Below are positions 14,146-28,018 of a DNA stretch of 64,000 nt, one piece after another (position 1 is the first letter of the stretch; each line of letters starts with the position of its first letter). A program made the position numbers and the translations under genes. This stretch comes from Eledone cirrhosa (Eukaryota): positions 354,702,001 through 354,766,000 of the forward strand of contig OZ024742.1 in NCBI GenBank assembly GCA_964016885.1, written 5' to 3'. The notes under the pieces are model-generated. The model was not told where the DNA came from, searched no databases, and was given only the letters and a program-made list of their open reading frames with translations.

Positions 14146-14728
14146 TATACAGTATATATACAGTATATATCACAGAAAAAAAGAGAATTCTACGAAGAAT
14201 CAAGGCGTATCTGAGGACCTTGCGATTTTCCGAGTTAGGTTCGATCATCACACCGATTGATTACCTTTGAACTACGAGTGAGAAATGAAATTTCATTTTT
14301 CTATTTATCGTTTTCGGTAGGCCCGGCCGACTAACTCACTCGATATGCAAATTAGGCTGCTAGCCGTTTATATGCATAAGGACAGTATATACTTTCAAAC
14401 GTTCAATCAACTGCCAGGAAGGTTATACGGTGCTGATGACAACTAATGAGCTAGAAAATAGTCCATCGTTCCTTTCCCAGTGTTGAACAAAATGGCAACG
14501 ATGGTTGCCGAAAACTGTACGGCTAATAATTGGAGCTGTTTTTTTAGAAACAAACGGATCATTATATTAAATATTCGGTAAACCCATAGGTACATTTATA
14601 TATGTGTGTGCATGTTTGTATGTATATACATACTACTGTACGTATGTATACATATATGTATGTACGTATACATACTTATATTCAAGTATCAGCCGTACTA
14701 AGAGTGAGAAATGAAATTTCATTTTTTT

Positions 14729-14809
<81 letters not shown>

Positions 14810-14829
14810 TATATATATATATATCAAGA

Positions 14830-15028
14830 CCAGATACGAACTCATAAGCCTTGATGATCCTCCAGGGTAGCCTCGGCGTTTTTTTGTAGCTTTTTCTCAA
14901 TTCCCTGAATATTAGCTTATGGTAAAGTTGAACGTCCATGCTGTAAAGGTTGTTGTTTTTGATCTCCATGGACGAGTATTCCTGTAGATTCTTTAAGCTC
15001 GGTAATTCCATTTTCCAGTCGTCTAAGG
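14830..15028 (-). mobile_element. PLE N-terminal fragment, interrupted by the hAT (continues 18056-18270)
   Basis: NNNLYSMDVQLYHKLIFRELRKSYKK resembles TGNLYHMDIDNYNEFIYKELRKNYKK of the PLE at 1533-2879. The other flank gives FENEMIGIIAKIKFS. Confidence 0.7.
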
Positions 15029-18000
15029 CAGTGGTCGCCAACCTTTCTAAAACCGAGGAACCCTCTAAATATTTTGAATTCTTCACGGAACCTACACAAT
15101 ACAAAACTTTTCAAAAAAAATAATAAAGTATTTATTTATTTTAGTGTTTCATGAGTGTGTATGTAATCGAACACAATGGCTTTTCTGTTGCTGCGCCTCA
15201 TCAATGAGTTTAGAAAATCGAGGTTCAACACTAGGTAATGCCAGTCTCATACACTCGTCAATTGCTGACAGTTTATTCCTCTTCTTTGTGCAGATTTCCA
15301 CCAACTGCGAACACCCTTTTTCGCACAAATAGCTAGATGGGAATAAAGTCAAATACTTCAATGCAAGTTGGCTGATTTCATTAAACTCCCCAATCAAGAA
15401 ATAAGTCGATCCATAGTTCTTTCTTTCTGCTTTCGAATACCACTTTCAGGTCTTCGTTTGAATTCAAATCCATCAACTGATGTAAGCATTGGGCAGGTAG
15501 TCAATTTTTACAATTTTCAGCGTCATTTTCTGACACTAACTGCTCGATCTCGGTGAACGGGTTTTTTATCCATAAATTTCCGCTAACAATATCTTTTTCC
15601 ATCAAGTCAAAATAATCTGAAAAACCCGTGGAAAGCACATTTAAATGAGAAAGAATAATCTTCTTTAGATTGCTGGAGTCAACAATTTCTCTCTTTTTAA
15701 GCTCTATTTCAAGGTTTGAAAGCGATTGTCCGATTCAATTCTTTTTATAAAGATGTTTAATTTTGATTGAAAATATGTAATACAATTGATTGAAGTAAAA
15801 ATATCTGCATTGTTACCCTGAAGACACTTATTTAGTTTGTTCAGTTCACCAAAAATGTCTACTAAATAAGCGATTGCACATTCCATTCATAGGTCTCTAA
15901 TACACTTGCTCTTTAATCATTCTATTTTTTTAGAAAAACTATTAATTCTTCTCTCAGTTCAAAAACTCTCTTCATATCATCCCCAAAAGACAGCCAACGC
16001 ACATCATTGTTCAATAACAATCTATTATAATTACTTCCAGAAGATTCACAAATAGATTCAAACATTCTAGAATTGTTTGCTCTTGCATGGATCAAATTGA
16101 TAATTTTGACAATGTCTTTCAGCTGGTCATTTAATATTTGAGCATTTCTGTCATTGAATTTTTTTTAACACAACACCTCTCGATGAATCATACAATGGTT
16201 TGAAATACAATTTGGGGTCTGTTCTTTAATGTTTGCAATCAAACAAGAATTTTTACCAGTCATTGCAGCTGCTCCATCTGTTGTTATTGAAGTCAACTTG
16301 CTCCAAGATACACCATTTAAAAAAAATACTCTTCAATTTTATTGAATATATCTTGACCTTTAGTTGTGATGTCTATTGTCAGGCAAAACAAATACTCTTC
16401 TACTAATTCTTTTTTTATCAATGTCTACAAACCGTACATAGCAAATTAATTCAGCCTTGTTATTAATATCCGTAGTTTCGTCCACTTGCAGTCCAAAACA
16501 TGGGCTTTTCTTTAGTGCAGTTAGTATCTGATTTTCTATATCAGAAGAAATATCAATTATCCCTCTTTTGACGGTATTTGCTGACAATGGTAACTGGCTT
16601 AATTTGTCTTTGTCCTTAATACTGCAGCTTTCAAAAAGATTCTCTGTAGCAATTTTTATACTTGGCAGAATTAACTGTTCTCCTAATGTAAATGGTTTCT
16701 TGTTTTTACCAATCAAATGTGAAATCTCAAAAGATGTTCTTATTAAAGCTTTATTTATATCTGACTTTTTACAAAACAAGTCATACATATTAGCTTGTGA
16801 TTTCTTTATGTTGTTTTTCAGCGAAGTAAAGTATTCCAGTGACTTGTTTTTTATCATTGGTGTGATTAGTTTCAATGTGTCTTTTAAGTTTTGCAGGATT
16901 TAAACAGCTATTTGATAGAACTTTTGAACATAGCAAACACATGGGCTGATCTGGTATATCTTTTTTAGTGTCAGCTTTTTGAAATCCATATCTAACATAA
17001 TCATCACACCACTGTCTAACCTTACTGCTGGTATCTAACTTCAGCTTCTTTGCAGTAGACATCATATCAACGTTATTTATCTACAGTTAACTAGAATACA
17101 TTTTTTTTAGACTCAAGCACTTCCTGCATATACTACTTTAGGATCGTATTAAATATTATTGGTAATGTAAATATATTTAAATATCCGCCATACTAAAAGG
17201 TGCAACAAATGCAAATCAGCTGATAGTGTAGATGTGACGATGGCATTGGAAATTAATTCAGATATCTTCTATCTATTTTGAATCAAAGTTAGATATAATA
17301 TAAGAAGGCTTTAGGCTGCGTTAAACATATATTAGTTTGGAACAACTAAAGTTTAGTCAAATGTTTGTGGACACATATATTTATTGTATAAAGTAATTTC
17401 TCAATTGTGAATGCAGATGTCATCAAATGATTACATAATTATGTGGCAAAGTTTATAGTGTATGCATGGAATACAAAATTACCTTTGTTAGTAGTCGAAA
17501 CATTACAGGCGTTATATTTTATATGCAAAGTACAACAGAATGTAACATGTTCTTATTTAGAATTGCCTGTGGAACTGGATGCATGTTGAAAACGACAAGT
17601 AAGCGAGTTCACTCAGTGAGGAAACTGTAGACGACTTTAAAGCTTTTGTGAGGGCAGCAGATTAAAACGTCTTCTCTATTGAAAACATTCTACTGAACTT
17701 ACGTTGTGAGAACAGCGAACTGACCCTGTCTCTTGGCTGAGAGACCTCGCTGAACTGAATTTTTCAGTTTAAAGTTATGCTGTCATCGACCAACATTTAC
17801 TTGTTCGTGATTGGTCAATTTCTGCTAATTCATGTGAGAAACTGAAAGTAGTGTTTTCCACGAATTGGCGTGTGGAACCTGTGTACACTACAATAGTACT
17901 TGTTCATTTATACATTGCACCTTTAGCATTTTCTTTGCACCTTTTTCAGAAAACCCAAAATATTAATGGTAATGTAAATATTTATTTTTTTAAGGAACCC

Positions 18001-18055
18001 GGAGTTTGTTATACGGAACACCAAGGTTCCGCGGAATCCATGTTGGCGACCACTG
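15029..18055 (-). mobile_element. hAT (Buster/Charlie-like) DNA transposon, full length, transposase disrupted
   Basis: 14-bp perfect TIR CAGTGGTCGCCAAC (15029-42 / 18042-55). 8-bp TSD GTCTAAGG (15021-28) / GTCTAAGA (18056-63). Confidence 0.95.
15149..17065 (-). pseudogene. hAT transposase (ZBED5/SCAND3-like Buster family), frameshifted
   Basis: BED finger PMCLLC...LKRH; FGLQVDETTD; TDGAAAMTG; HCMIHRE; RWLS; LFPSSYLCEKG dimerisation motif, spread over several frames. Confidence 0.9.
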
Positions 18056-18429
18056 GTCTAAGATACTTTCGACCCCGGTATGGTTGGTCGGAAAATTTGA
18101 TCTTGGCAATGATGCCAATCATTTCGTTCTCAAACTCTTCCAATAGTCTGTTGTGTGTGTGTGTGGGAGGGGGGGGGTCTCCTTTATCTGAAGAGGCACT
18201 CTATGGTTTTTTGATTATTAATATTGGGGTTTCCTCTATCAAAGTGTTAATCCCTCCACCTTAAACTGCATATTAGGGAGTCAGTAGTCTTAGTGAGATT
18301 CCTGGTCTATTCTCTTTTACCCGGTTATGGGATGTCATTTAGTGATGCTAGAGTGGTGAGTTTATTCATATTATGTCCCAAGGCCATCAACACTATAAAC
18401 ACAGAGCTGGCATATCTAAGAACTGACTA

Positions 18430-18484
18430 ACTGCCTGATGAGGTCATAGCCATTCAATGGCTACATCGAAATATATATAGCAGT
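18430..18484 (+). ncRNA. minimal type I hammerhead ribozyme motif (PLE pseudo-LTR)
   Basis: actgc CTGATGA ggtca-tagcc(attcaat)ggcta-catc GAAA tatata TA gcagt, followed by AATAAA. Confidence 0.75.
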
Positions 18485-18629
18485 AAATAAAGGATTATGA
18501 GTTCATGCAATTGACTTATGTTTCGTCACTATTATAACTCCGGAACTTATATCTTCGTTGAGTGCTCCCTATCCGCATACTGAAGTACTGGATTTTACCA
18601 ACACTTTCTTGCTTATATATATATATATA

Positions 18630-18800
18630 CAAATAGTGAAAACAATGAAATTAAACAAAAAACGGTTAATTCATAGTATACCTCATTATTTTACGATCGT
18701 TTCTGGGGGGTAATTCCCCGTATGTCCATTCTATTATTGATCTATGTAGATTTCTTCATACGGCTTAGACCCTACCATTAATTGGTGAATTTATCTGTAT
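18630..18800. repeat. pseudo-LTR fragment with internal inversion, family of 59097-59435
   Basis: 18630-18745 matches 59250-59360 directly; 18750-18800 matches 59097-59150 inverted. Confidence 0.6.
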
Positions 18801-19715
18801 ATATATATATATATATGTATATATATCATTTTTTCTGTTTTCATAGCTTTCCCTCTCCATTTCTTTATTTTCCCATAAAATATAATACCTGTATGTATTG
18901 TGATATCATTCTTATGCACCTGAACTGAAAAATGGAATTTACCTTGAAAAATTAATCGTTTGAACTACAAAGATGAAACACAAATTTCTATCTTTCCTTT
19001 AGAGAAAGAAACACAAATCAAAACAAACAAACGAAACTGATAAAAGGTATTTCGTTTTAAGGTAGAAAATCCAATAAGTTAAAAATACACATCTGCCATT
19101 TAAACGCTTGCGATTTTTAATATCTTCATTTTTTTCATATCTTGGTTATATCCCCGTTAAACTCACTGGATAAGGAGAAATAATGGTTTCTTATATGGAT
19201 AAGGAGAAATAATGACATTAGATAGATAAAAAAATACATAAATAAAGTGGAGGATATACATATAGTAGTTGGAAATATTCTTCTTTGTTTTCCACTAGCG
19301 TGGGAGATAGGAAAAGACGAAACAATGTGTATCTCTGGCGATATTTTACTGTTACATACTTCGTTTGAATATATGCAGTGAGACACCATTTGTATTGCGA
19401 GTAGGTGGTTCTGTTTCATATATTTCGTTTTATAGTGTGAAGACACGGTGGCACGGAACATGCGATATCTGGTTTCTATTTTAGTATAGTATACCAATGG
19501 TGTAGAATATGGTGAGTCGCTTTTGTTTTGTATTATACTATATAACTTGTATAGAATGTGTGTTCCATGGTTTATTTTTGCTGTATAGCTGCGGTGATGA
19601 CTGAAGTATATTTATGTTCGTACCGCCGTCATACACAAGTTGAAAATCTATACTGTCAAACATGCGAACTCGTGAATGCTTTGATAATTTGTAGTGGAAC
19701 ACACACACACACACA

Positions 19716-19788
<73 letters not shown>

Positions 19789-20036
19789 ATACACCTTATT
19801 ATTATAGAAATACGAAGTTCCAATACATATCTGTATACCACTATACTCGAAGCTAAATCCTTATCCTATTCTATTATAAACTGATTCAAAATATTCAGCG
19901 TCATATGTAAATGAGATTAATCACCTCATTTACGCAGACGAGAAATCTATATATTCTGGTCTGTTTTCGGGTGCAGCAGTGGCAAGAGTGGGACGGATCG
20001 TGCTAATTAGAAACAGTTCAGTTTCAAATGCATCCA

Positions 20037-20132
<96 letters not shown>

Positions 20133-20249
20133 TTGCGCGCGCGTGCGTGTGTATTTGTGTACATGGCAAACAGAAATAACCACGCAATCGGTAGAGTACA
20201 TGGAAGGAATATAGGAATTAGGTTAACGCTTGAAATAGCCGGAAGAGGG

Positions 20250-20285
20250 TCTTAACATTTCGGACTCTAGTCTTTCATCAGAAGA
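20250..20285 (-). ncRNA. minimal type I hammerhead motif (slightly decayed)
   Basis: Minus: tctt CTGATGA aagact(ag)agtcc GAAA tg T T aaga. Confidence 0.55.
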
Positions 20286-20705
20286 AAGAATGAGGAATAT
20301 GATAGATTGAAGGGACGGGGGGGGGGGGGGGATTCAAAAAAATGTCTTTAGATATAAATAACAGGTCCATTCATTATGACATCTCTTGTAACATTTTTAT
20401 TCTGGCGTTTTCTCTATGATTATTTTTTTTGGAAAACTGGATGATGGAGCGCGGCTACCTGAAATCGAAAAAAAAAACCTTTTGTATAAAGAGCTACACT
20501 TGTACGCATGTGTAGGCATCTGTGTGTGTGTGTGTATGTTATTATACGCCCGTAATAAGATAAGAAGAAACATGTGTGTATATGTAAGTAAAAGAGTGTG
20601 TGCGTGTGTAAGAAACTATGAGTAAAAGCATGTTAATATAAGCGCGTGTATGTGTGTATACAGAGCTGTGAATGGAGAAGTGGAGTGTACAAAGTGTTTC
20701 GGTTA

Positions 20706-20866
<161 letters not shown>

Positions 20867-21061
20867 CGGTGTTGGTGTCTTAAAACGTCCGCATGCGGAA
20901 AATCTTCTTCGTAGTATCAAGACGTATTGGAGGAATTTGCGATTTTCAGAGTCAGGTTTGTTTATCACATCGATCGATCGTGCCTCGAGCTGCTCGCCAG
21001 AGAAACGATTGTAATATGTCCAATAAATTCCATTCGTCGCAACACTGATTATATTTTTTGT

Positions 21062-21100
<39 letters not shown>

Positions 21101-21205
21101 AAGGCGGGTAAAATTCCCGAGATCCATGGACGAGTTCTCTCCAGCGGTCTCTGTCCCTCATTATCGCTGCCATATCCTGCATCTCCAACATATATATATA
21201 TATAT

Positions 21206-21847
21206 GGAAACGGTTTGCTATACAAAAAAGGTTTTTAATCTCATTGCTGACAATTATTTCTCTGAAATGGTAGGTCTAGAGATCGCTACCCCCTTGTTTT
21301 CACTTCATTCAATCACCAATACATAGTTGTAACCAGTCAATTCATCGGAGCTTGTGAGAATGAAAGTAATATACAGGCATGGCTACTATATATAGTAGTA
21401 ATGGCATTCAAGCAGAACAATAACAACAATACTAACAATACTAGCAATAAATTCTTACTATATATCCTTAGGAATGTAAAAAGGCAACTCAACAAGTTAG
21501 AAAGATCAATCTTTTGCAGACACAGGATCGCCACTAAATTCACAAGATTTAAGCCTCCGTGAACCGAACCGACATAACTTAGCTTTCAACTTAGGATATC
21601 CACAATACTGCACGGACCACCACAGAAATATAATCATTAAGTACATTCTAGCCTTCTTAATTCTATACCACAGTAATGCCTATAAGTTCATTATCAACCC
21701 TTAAATATATCCCTTCTCAGCTGCTGTCAACACAACTTCATCACCGTTGTTCTCAACAAATGAACCTAAGTGCAAGAACATTTCAAAATACTACTACAGT
21801 AAAACATCACCTTCCTCCTGTTATAATTGTAGTCAGCATGTTTTCTC

Positions 21848-21878
<31 letters not shown>

Positions 21879-22735
21879 CCTCCTTAACCTCTGTATTAAC
21901 TTGCCTATTATATTGCTACTCTGTTAATGTTATCGCATACATGTATGTTATTGATGATGTGAAAGCTAAACAACCTATTATTCGAACTAAGAATCCCTTC
22001 TTCTAATATAGACTACATGAATATTGAACTCAGCTCACACCACAAATATTAGTATCCTCATTACAGTGATAATTACTTCATCTGTCATATAATACATAAC
22101 TCTTACAGTCACCGGACCCACAGCAAAGGAAATGGTTCATTGTTTAAAGCCACCGGCTTATCTCTACATTATATAAAATACACCCCATGACAGCATTTAC
22201 ATGTCAATGTTATACATCTGCCTCATGTCAGCTAGTTTTACACGCTAAAGTAGATATACTATGGTTATTACCTAGATTGAAGTTGTGATTATTTCAAATA
22301 ATATATTGCTAGCATTGTTAGCATTGTTGTTATTGTTCTGATTGAATGCCATTACTACTATATATCTTAGCCATGCCTGTATATTCCTTTCATTCTCACA
22401 AGCTCCGATGAATTGACTGGTTATAACTATGTATTGGTGATCGAATGACGTGAAAACAAGCGGGTTACGATCTCTAGACCTACCAATTCAGAGAAACAAT
22501 TGTCAGCAAGGAGATTAAAAACCTTTTTTGTATAGCAAACCGTGTCACTCTTCGTTCCTGATTTATCATTACTCCAACTGTTACCAACATAGTAATTACC
22601 GCGTACTCGCAGCATCACTATGGAAACGCCTTGTTGAGTCAAACTTAGCCAAGCGTTGATATCATCCACTACTCTGTGTACCCTAACTGGACTACACCCA
22701 AGTGGACTACCTACAGCAACAATCTGTTACCCCGT
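21206..22735 (+). mobile_element. 5'-truncated PLE 3' end with inverted pseudo-LTR piece
   Basis: ~21485-21555 reads QLNKLERSIFCRHRIATKF (PLE EN end). 21206-21450 is the inverted copy of ~22305-22545. (TA)n on both sides. Confidence 0.75.
22402..22507 (+). ncRNA. type I hammerhead-like motif with CCGATGA core and long stem II (inverted copy 21246-21351)
   Basis: gct CCGATGA attgactgg...ccaattcaga GAAA caattg TC agc. Confidence 0.5.
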
Positions 22736-22749
22736 ATATATTTATATAT

Positions 22750-22793
<44 letters not shown>

Positions 22794-22796
<3 letters not shown>

Positions 22797-22990
22797 AATA
22801 CGTATGACCCCGACGGCAGAGCTCCAGCCGTTTCGATGGCTATTTCTAGACTCCAGAAATAGCCGTCGAAACGCGTTAATCTCTGCCGTCGTGGTCATAC
22901 TTTTTCCTATTTCCCGCTCTACTACCCTAAGTATTGAGTACTCTGGTGCGTTATGGTCCATCTGATTCCTTACCACATTTGTTTTGTTAT
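22794..22990 (-). repeat. foldback element, copy B
   Basis: Hairpin 22794-22910 plus unique tail, opposite orientation to copy A. Confidence 0.75.
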
Positions 22991-22993
22991 AAA

Positions 22994-23032
<39 letters not shown>

Positions 23033-23039
23033 ATATATA

Positions 23040-23975
23040 TAGTTAAAGATTGAAGAGAACACGGTTGTCTGTACAACTAGGGGCTATATTTCAGTATTAA
23101 CAATTATTTCATTGATCAGCTGAGTCTAGAGGTCACTAATCACTCCAAGCTGCGTCACTCGATCTCAAATACATGATTTACCTCTCATCAAATCCTCAGA
23201 ATACAAATAATTCATACATGGCATGATATATATAGAGAGAGTAATAGCATAGAATTAAAACCATAACAGCAATAATAAAATCTATGATAAATTGGTAAAG
23301 AAGTTACAGATGTAAAAAGTAATATTTAAGAGAAAAGATACAATAACATAAGTAAGAAAATGGAAAAATAATAAGAATATAAGGAAATAAAGATAAGTGA
23401 GAGCATATCAGTACAGAATATGATAGTGATGGTGGTGAGTAAGTGTCTGTATAAGGATGTTGTGGTGGATGTAGTGCTAACATGAAAAGCCATATTCGAA
23501 ACATACATAGATAGGTGTAGAAAATCTGAGGTCGTAAAAAATGACAGATAAAAAAAAAAGCAATAAATTAGAAATTAAGTTGGACATACTAGTATGAGAG
23601 CCAAGTGAAAGGGTAGATAGTGAAGGGTTTTTTTGAGAAGTGTGTGTGGTAAATATTTTGCTGATTGTCTTGTCTTAATGGGGTTGATGTGTTTTCAGGG
23701 AGTGAGGGTTAAGGAGATCTTAAGACCAGTCGGCTGTGTGACAGCTAATAGCGGTGTGATGGTATGTATTCCGTATGTTAAAATCCAGGTATTTCAGTTC
23801 TAATTTTGGGAATGCTGGGTTAAATTGGTAGCTATTTTGTGCCTACAGAAAATCGATCTTTCTCTTTTGCTGTTAAGCAGCATCTTATCCTAACTTAACA
23901 TATGGAATAGCTCCATATCGCAAATTCTGCTGTGCAAATTCTATTGTTGTAGGCCCTTGTCTACATATATGAGGT
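23040..23975 (-). mobile_element. PLE 3' fragment related to 21450-22300
   Basis: Minus 23825-23890 reads MLLNSKRERSIFCRHKIATNL. Confidence 0.5.
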
Positions 23976-25049
23976 AAATTAGATGAGATGATAATACAAC
24001 AATATTGGTCAAAATAAACATTGGTTGTTGCCTTTAGGTTAATAGTTCTAAGGAAATAGAAATCATCTTACAGATTGATACGTTATTAGTGATAATCTAT
24101 TACTGTTTCACGCTTCCATAATTTTTATATTGTTTTTTCATAACATACTATATTGTTATAAATATAATTGGTGGTACATTTAATAATTAGAGTTAATAAA
24201 TGATAAGCCCTACTATTTCCTCCTATTATGTTTGCTCAAGTCAAATATAAAGTATTTAAAATAGTGAAACTATCCACTATATATATTACTAATACCGGCC
24301 AGCATGATATAATAAGCCATATCGGAGACTGAAATAGTTCCTTTATCTTCCTCGGAAGAAGAGATATTAATCTCGAAATATCTGGACCTATGTATTAAGG
24401 TAAAATAAACAAATCATATTTTGTACGATTTTATTTACCTCCGTCCAATAACACTTTGTAGTGGCTTTCAAACTTCGAATTCGTATTTACTAATAATGTT
24501 TCATTTGTACCTCTAGTCTTCAATAATTTGTAACATTTTCTCGACTACATGTAACATATCTTCATGTTTTCTGATCTCTTTGCTGTTTAGAGACACTCAA
24601 CATGGGTTGGTAAACACTATCTTTTTATGTATACCAAACGTTTATGGTGAATTCCGTAAAAATGAATAAATCTTTTATACCATATATCCTAAAATTATTC
24701 GTTAACATTTAATGCCAATGAAATTCAGCTCTGAAAATAATAAATTGATTAACGAAATATATACAAGAAATTAAAATAAACGTTTTTCGGGAAAAAGAAG
24801 AAGCTTTAAAATAAATGTTGGCACAGAGATAAAATTTGTATCGATAAAGAAGTAAAAATAGTGAATACAGAATTCCGAAGAATATCGATCAAATAAATTA
24901 TTTTGCTTAAAATAGATTTCATATTAAATGGAAATAGGAGAATGGAAGAATTTTATCCAGTGGTTGTAAAATATATAACTGAATAAATTCTCATTATATT
25001 TGATACGGTCGTGTATAAGTACTTACGAATACATACGCACACACGCGCA

Positions 25050-25102
<53 letters not shown>

Positions 25103-25758
25103 CCGAACAAAAAGGAAAAAACGAACACAGACATATATATATATGTGTTCAAGTCGTAATGGACCAAAATCGCTAAGGTGAAAAATATACTAACTACATA
25201 CAATAGGGTTTGCTGGACTCAATTTAAGAACAAATTAAGAAAAATAAGTACAAACCAGTATTGTGGTAACTACCATCACCCAGACGGTCTTTTTGATATA
25301 ACCGTTTCGCAATATTATTTTTGAAGAGAAATAACAAATTCCAGGCTCATCAGTGGGTGTTGAAATTAGTATACTCCTCACTTCTACTTCTAAATCAAAT
25401 AGAAAACTGGAAAGTGTGTGTATATATAACGCACAGGCTGTCATGTCAGAGAGACATGCATCATATCCACTGTAGAATATGCTCTAAGATTCCAATGAAT
25501 AGATCCGAGCATTTTATATCAACTAGAAATTGTTTGACATATATAAATATTTCTAAAATAGACATATGAAACAACCTCTAACACTGATAGTTAAATGTTC
25601 TCCCTTGTTGAAGATGAATCAATTTAAAGTTCTAGTTAAACTTTAATTAGTTACTTACCAAGCTATGTATGCTTACACACTTTTACAAATAATTCTCTCT
25701 GATTGTTTCATATGTTTATTTTAGATATATATATATGTCAATAAATATGTAGTTTATA

Positions 25759-25825
<67 letters not shown>

Positions 25826-26169
25826 GTGTGTGTGTGTGTATGTGTGGGTGTGTGTGCGTGTGTGTGAGTAATGTATAAATATATAAACATATATATATAT
25901 ATATATATATGTGTGTCTCTCTGTGTGTGTAGGTATATATAGACCCCCCCCACACATATATATATATATATATATATCAAATCGATACATGAGGTTTATA
26001 TGTTGAAGATATTAATAACAGATGGAATGTATATTTATATGGATCTCCCAGTGTGTTTCTTTTGGTTTGTGTTTGTGTGGGTGTGCAGAACAATAATTGG
26101 TTTTGTATGCCTATATAAGTCAGTTTAAACGCAGATATATATAAGTGTGCTGCAACATTAAAGCGTATG

Positions 26170-26206
<37 letters not shown>

Positions 26207-26930
26207 AATCATATATTTTTCCATGTATAATAAATATCTGTATTTCATATGAAATAAAAGAAATTATATGATGAATGATATATAAATATTTATTTTGATC
26301 AGAGTTCATACGATCCTTCTACATATTTACAATCTAAACTCTCACGTCTTCTCACATAATTTCCTATGTACACCCACCTCCCCACATGCGATCTATCAGT
26401 TACACTTATCATACAACTATTTTCAACACAGCACATATACATCTATGCCAAATGATGTAATCGCATACACTTTTCGCACGCAAAATTCACTGCTCCCATA
26501 TTTGAATATATATTGGAGGAAAATATGAAAGAATTCACAAAGAAATTTTTTTAAAATCATAAAACAGATATGTGTAAGCATATTTATACGAACAATAGCA
26601 CAAGTATGATAAGACACCCGGAGAAAACCCTAACAAAAGCACTCTTTGGTAAATCATTTCCGACTGCTCGATTATGTATGTAGATATATTACCTAGAGAT
26701 TATACCATTTATATTAAAACAGGAATGTATATGTAATGTAAAACATATAATTTCTTACAAAACAATGTACCTTATGAATATATATCTTGATACATATATG
26801 TACATATATCTATGAAGATGTTTCTGTGTTTTTTTAGAGGTGAAACTTCTAAAATCCATCGATTTTGAGACAGTACATCTGCTCGATCCTGGAAAAATGT
26901 CAGAAAAAAAAATGTACGCATATGGGAAAC

Positions 26931-27035
26931 ATCCGCCGAGGTTAACTTTGCCTTTCATCCTTACGGGGTCGATAAAGTAAAGTACCAGTAATACACTGGT
27001 TTATTGCTGGCCTTGTGCCAAAAGTAGAAACAATT
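26931..27035 (+). mobile_element. 5'-truncated SINE
   Basis: ccgccgaggttaactttgcctttcatccttacggggtcgataaa...ctggccttgtgcc. Confidence 0.8.
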
Positions 27036-27833
27036 ATGACATTTTTTACTTCATATCTATTTCGCATATAAAATGATTCATTCTCAAATCTAAACAAAGA
27101 ATAATACAATCATGCTTCGAAACAAAGTTTACATTGTTTCTCGTAGAATTTCAAATAAAAGCTATTCTAAACGACTTTAAATTTACAATTAAATGTTGAC
27201 TCATTTTCGTTTCACCAGAAATTGTGGTGGTGGTAGTGGCAACGATATACCGGAAGTGCAACTTTGAAAAGAAGTCAATTTCAAATTATTTAATTTTACG
27301 AAATTTAGTAGATAAATTATGTAATATTCATTCATTATTTTTTCGAAGTAATCCAACTTATTTTACTAACGGGATAAAAAAAATAATAAACCGTACGCAG
27401 TCCCGCAGACCTTCCTTTATTATAGTTTAGATGGTTATCCTTGTTCCCACTACCACATGGGGGATCAACAATTCGAAAATTGCGTTTAATTATTTAGTGA
27501 GCAATACAATTTGTATCAAATTGGAAACAGTTTTCCCTGGTTACAAACCAACGTTTATTCATCTGTTTCTTGTAAGGACATTCAATTTGTGTACAGATTG
27601 TTAGGCATTTAACTCCATACAATTTTGTTCACGAGTTTATTTGGCTAACACGAAGAGAATGAAACTCTGATTTCAAACCGCAATTGTGAATTCAACCAAT
27701 CAACCGGAAGTTTTCTTGTCACTGGGTTATGGCACCTAATATTTAAGGAAAGGTACGTATGCTGTGCAAGGGCTTATCCGAATATACTCTACGAAATAGA
27801 GGTAACTTGAAATTCCGATATACACAAACCTGC

Positions 27834-28018
27834 GTATGTATGTATGTGTGTATGCATGTATGTATGCATGTATGTATGTATGGGTGTATGTTTGTATGTA
27901 TGTGTGTATGTTTGTATGTATGTATATGTGTATGTATGTATGTATGTATGTTTGTATGTATGTTTGTATGTATGTTTGTATGTATGTTTGTATGTATGTT
28001 TGTATGTATGTATGTGTG
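27834..28018. repeat. (TATG)n / (TATGTTTG)n array at the LINE 3' end
   Basis: Direct read. Confidence 0.9.

Noticed and set aside
24345-24392. CGGAAGA agagat...atctc GAAA hammerhead-like word
   Set aside because: Core and cleavage triplet are both broken and stem I is not convincing; possibly a decayed HHR but unsupported.
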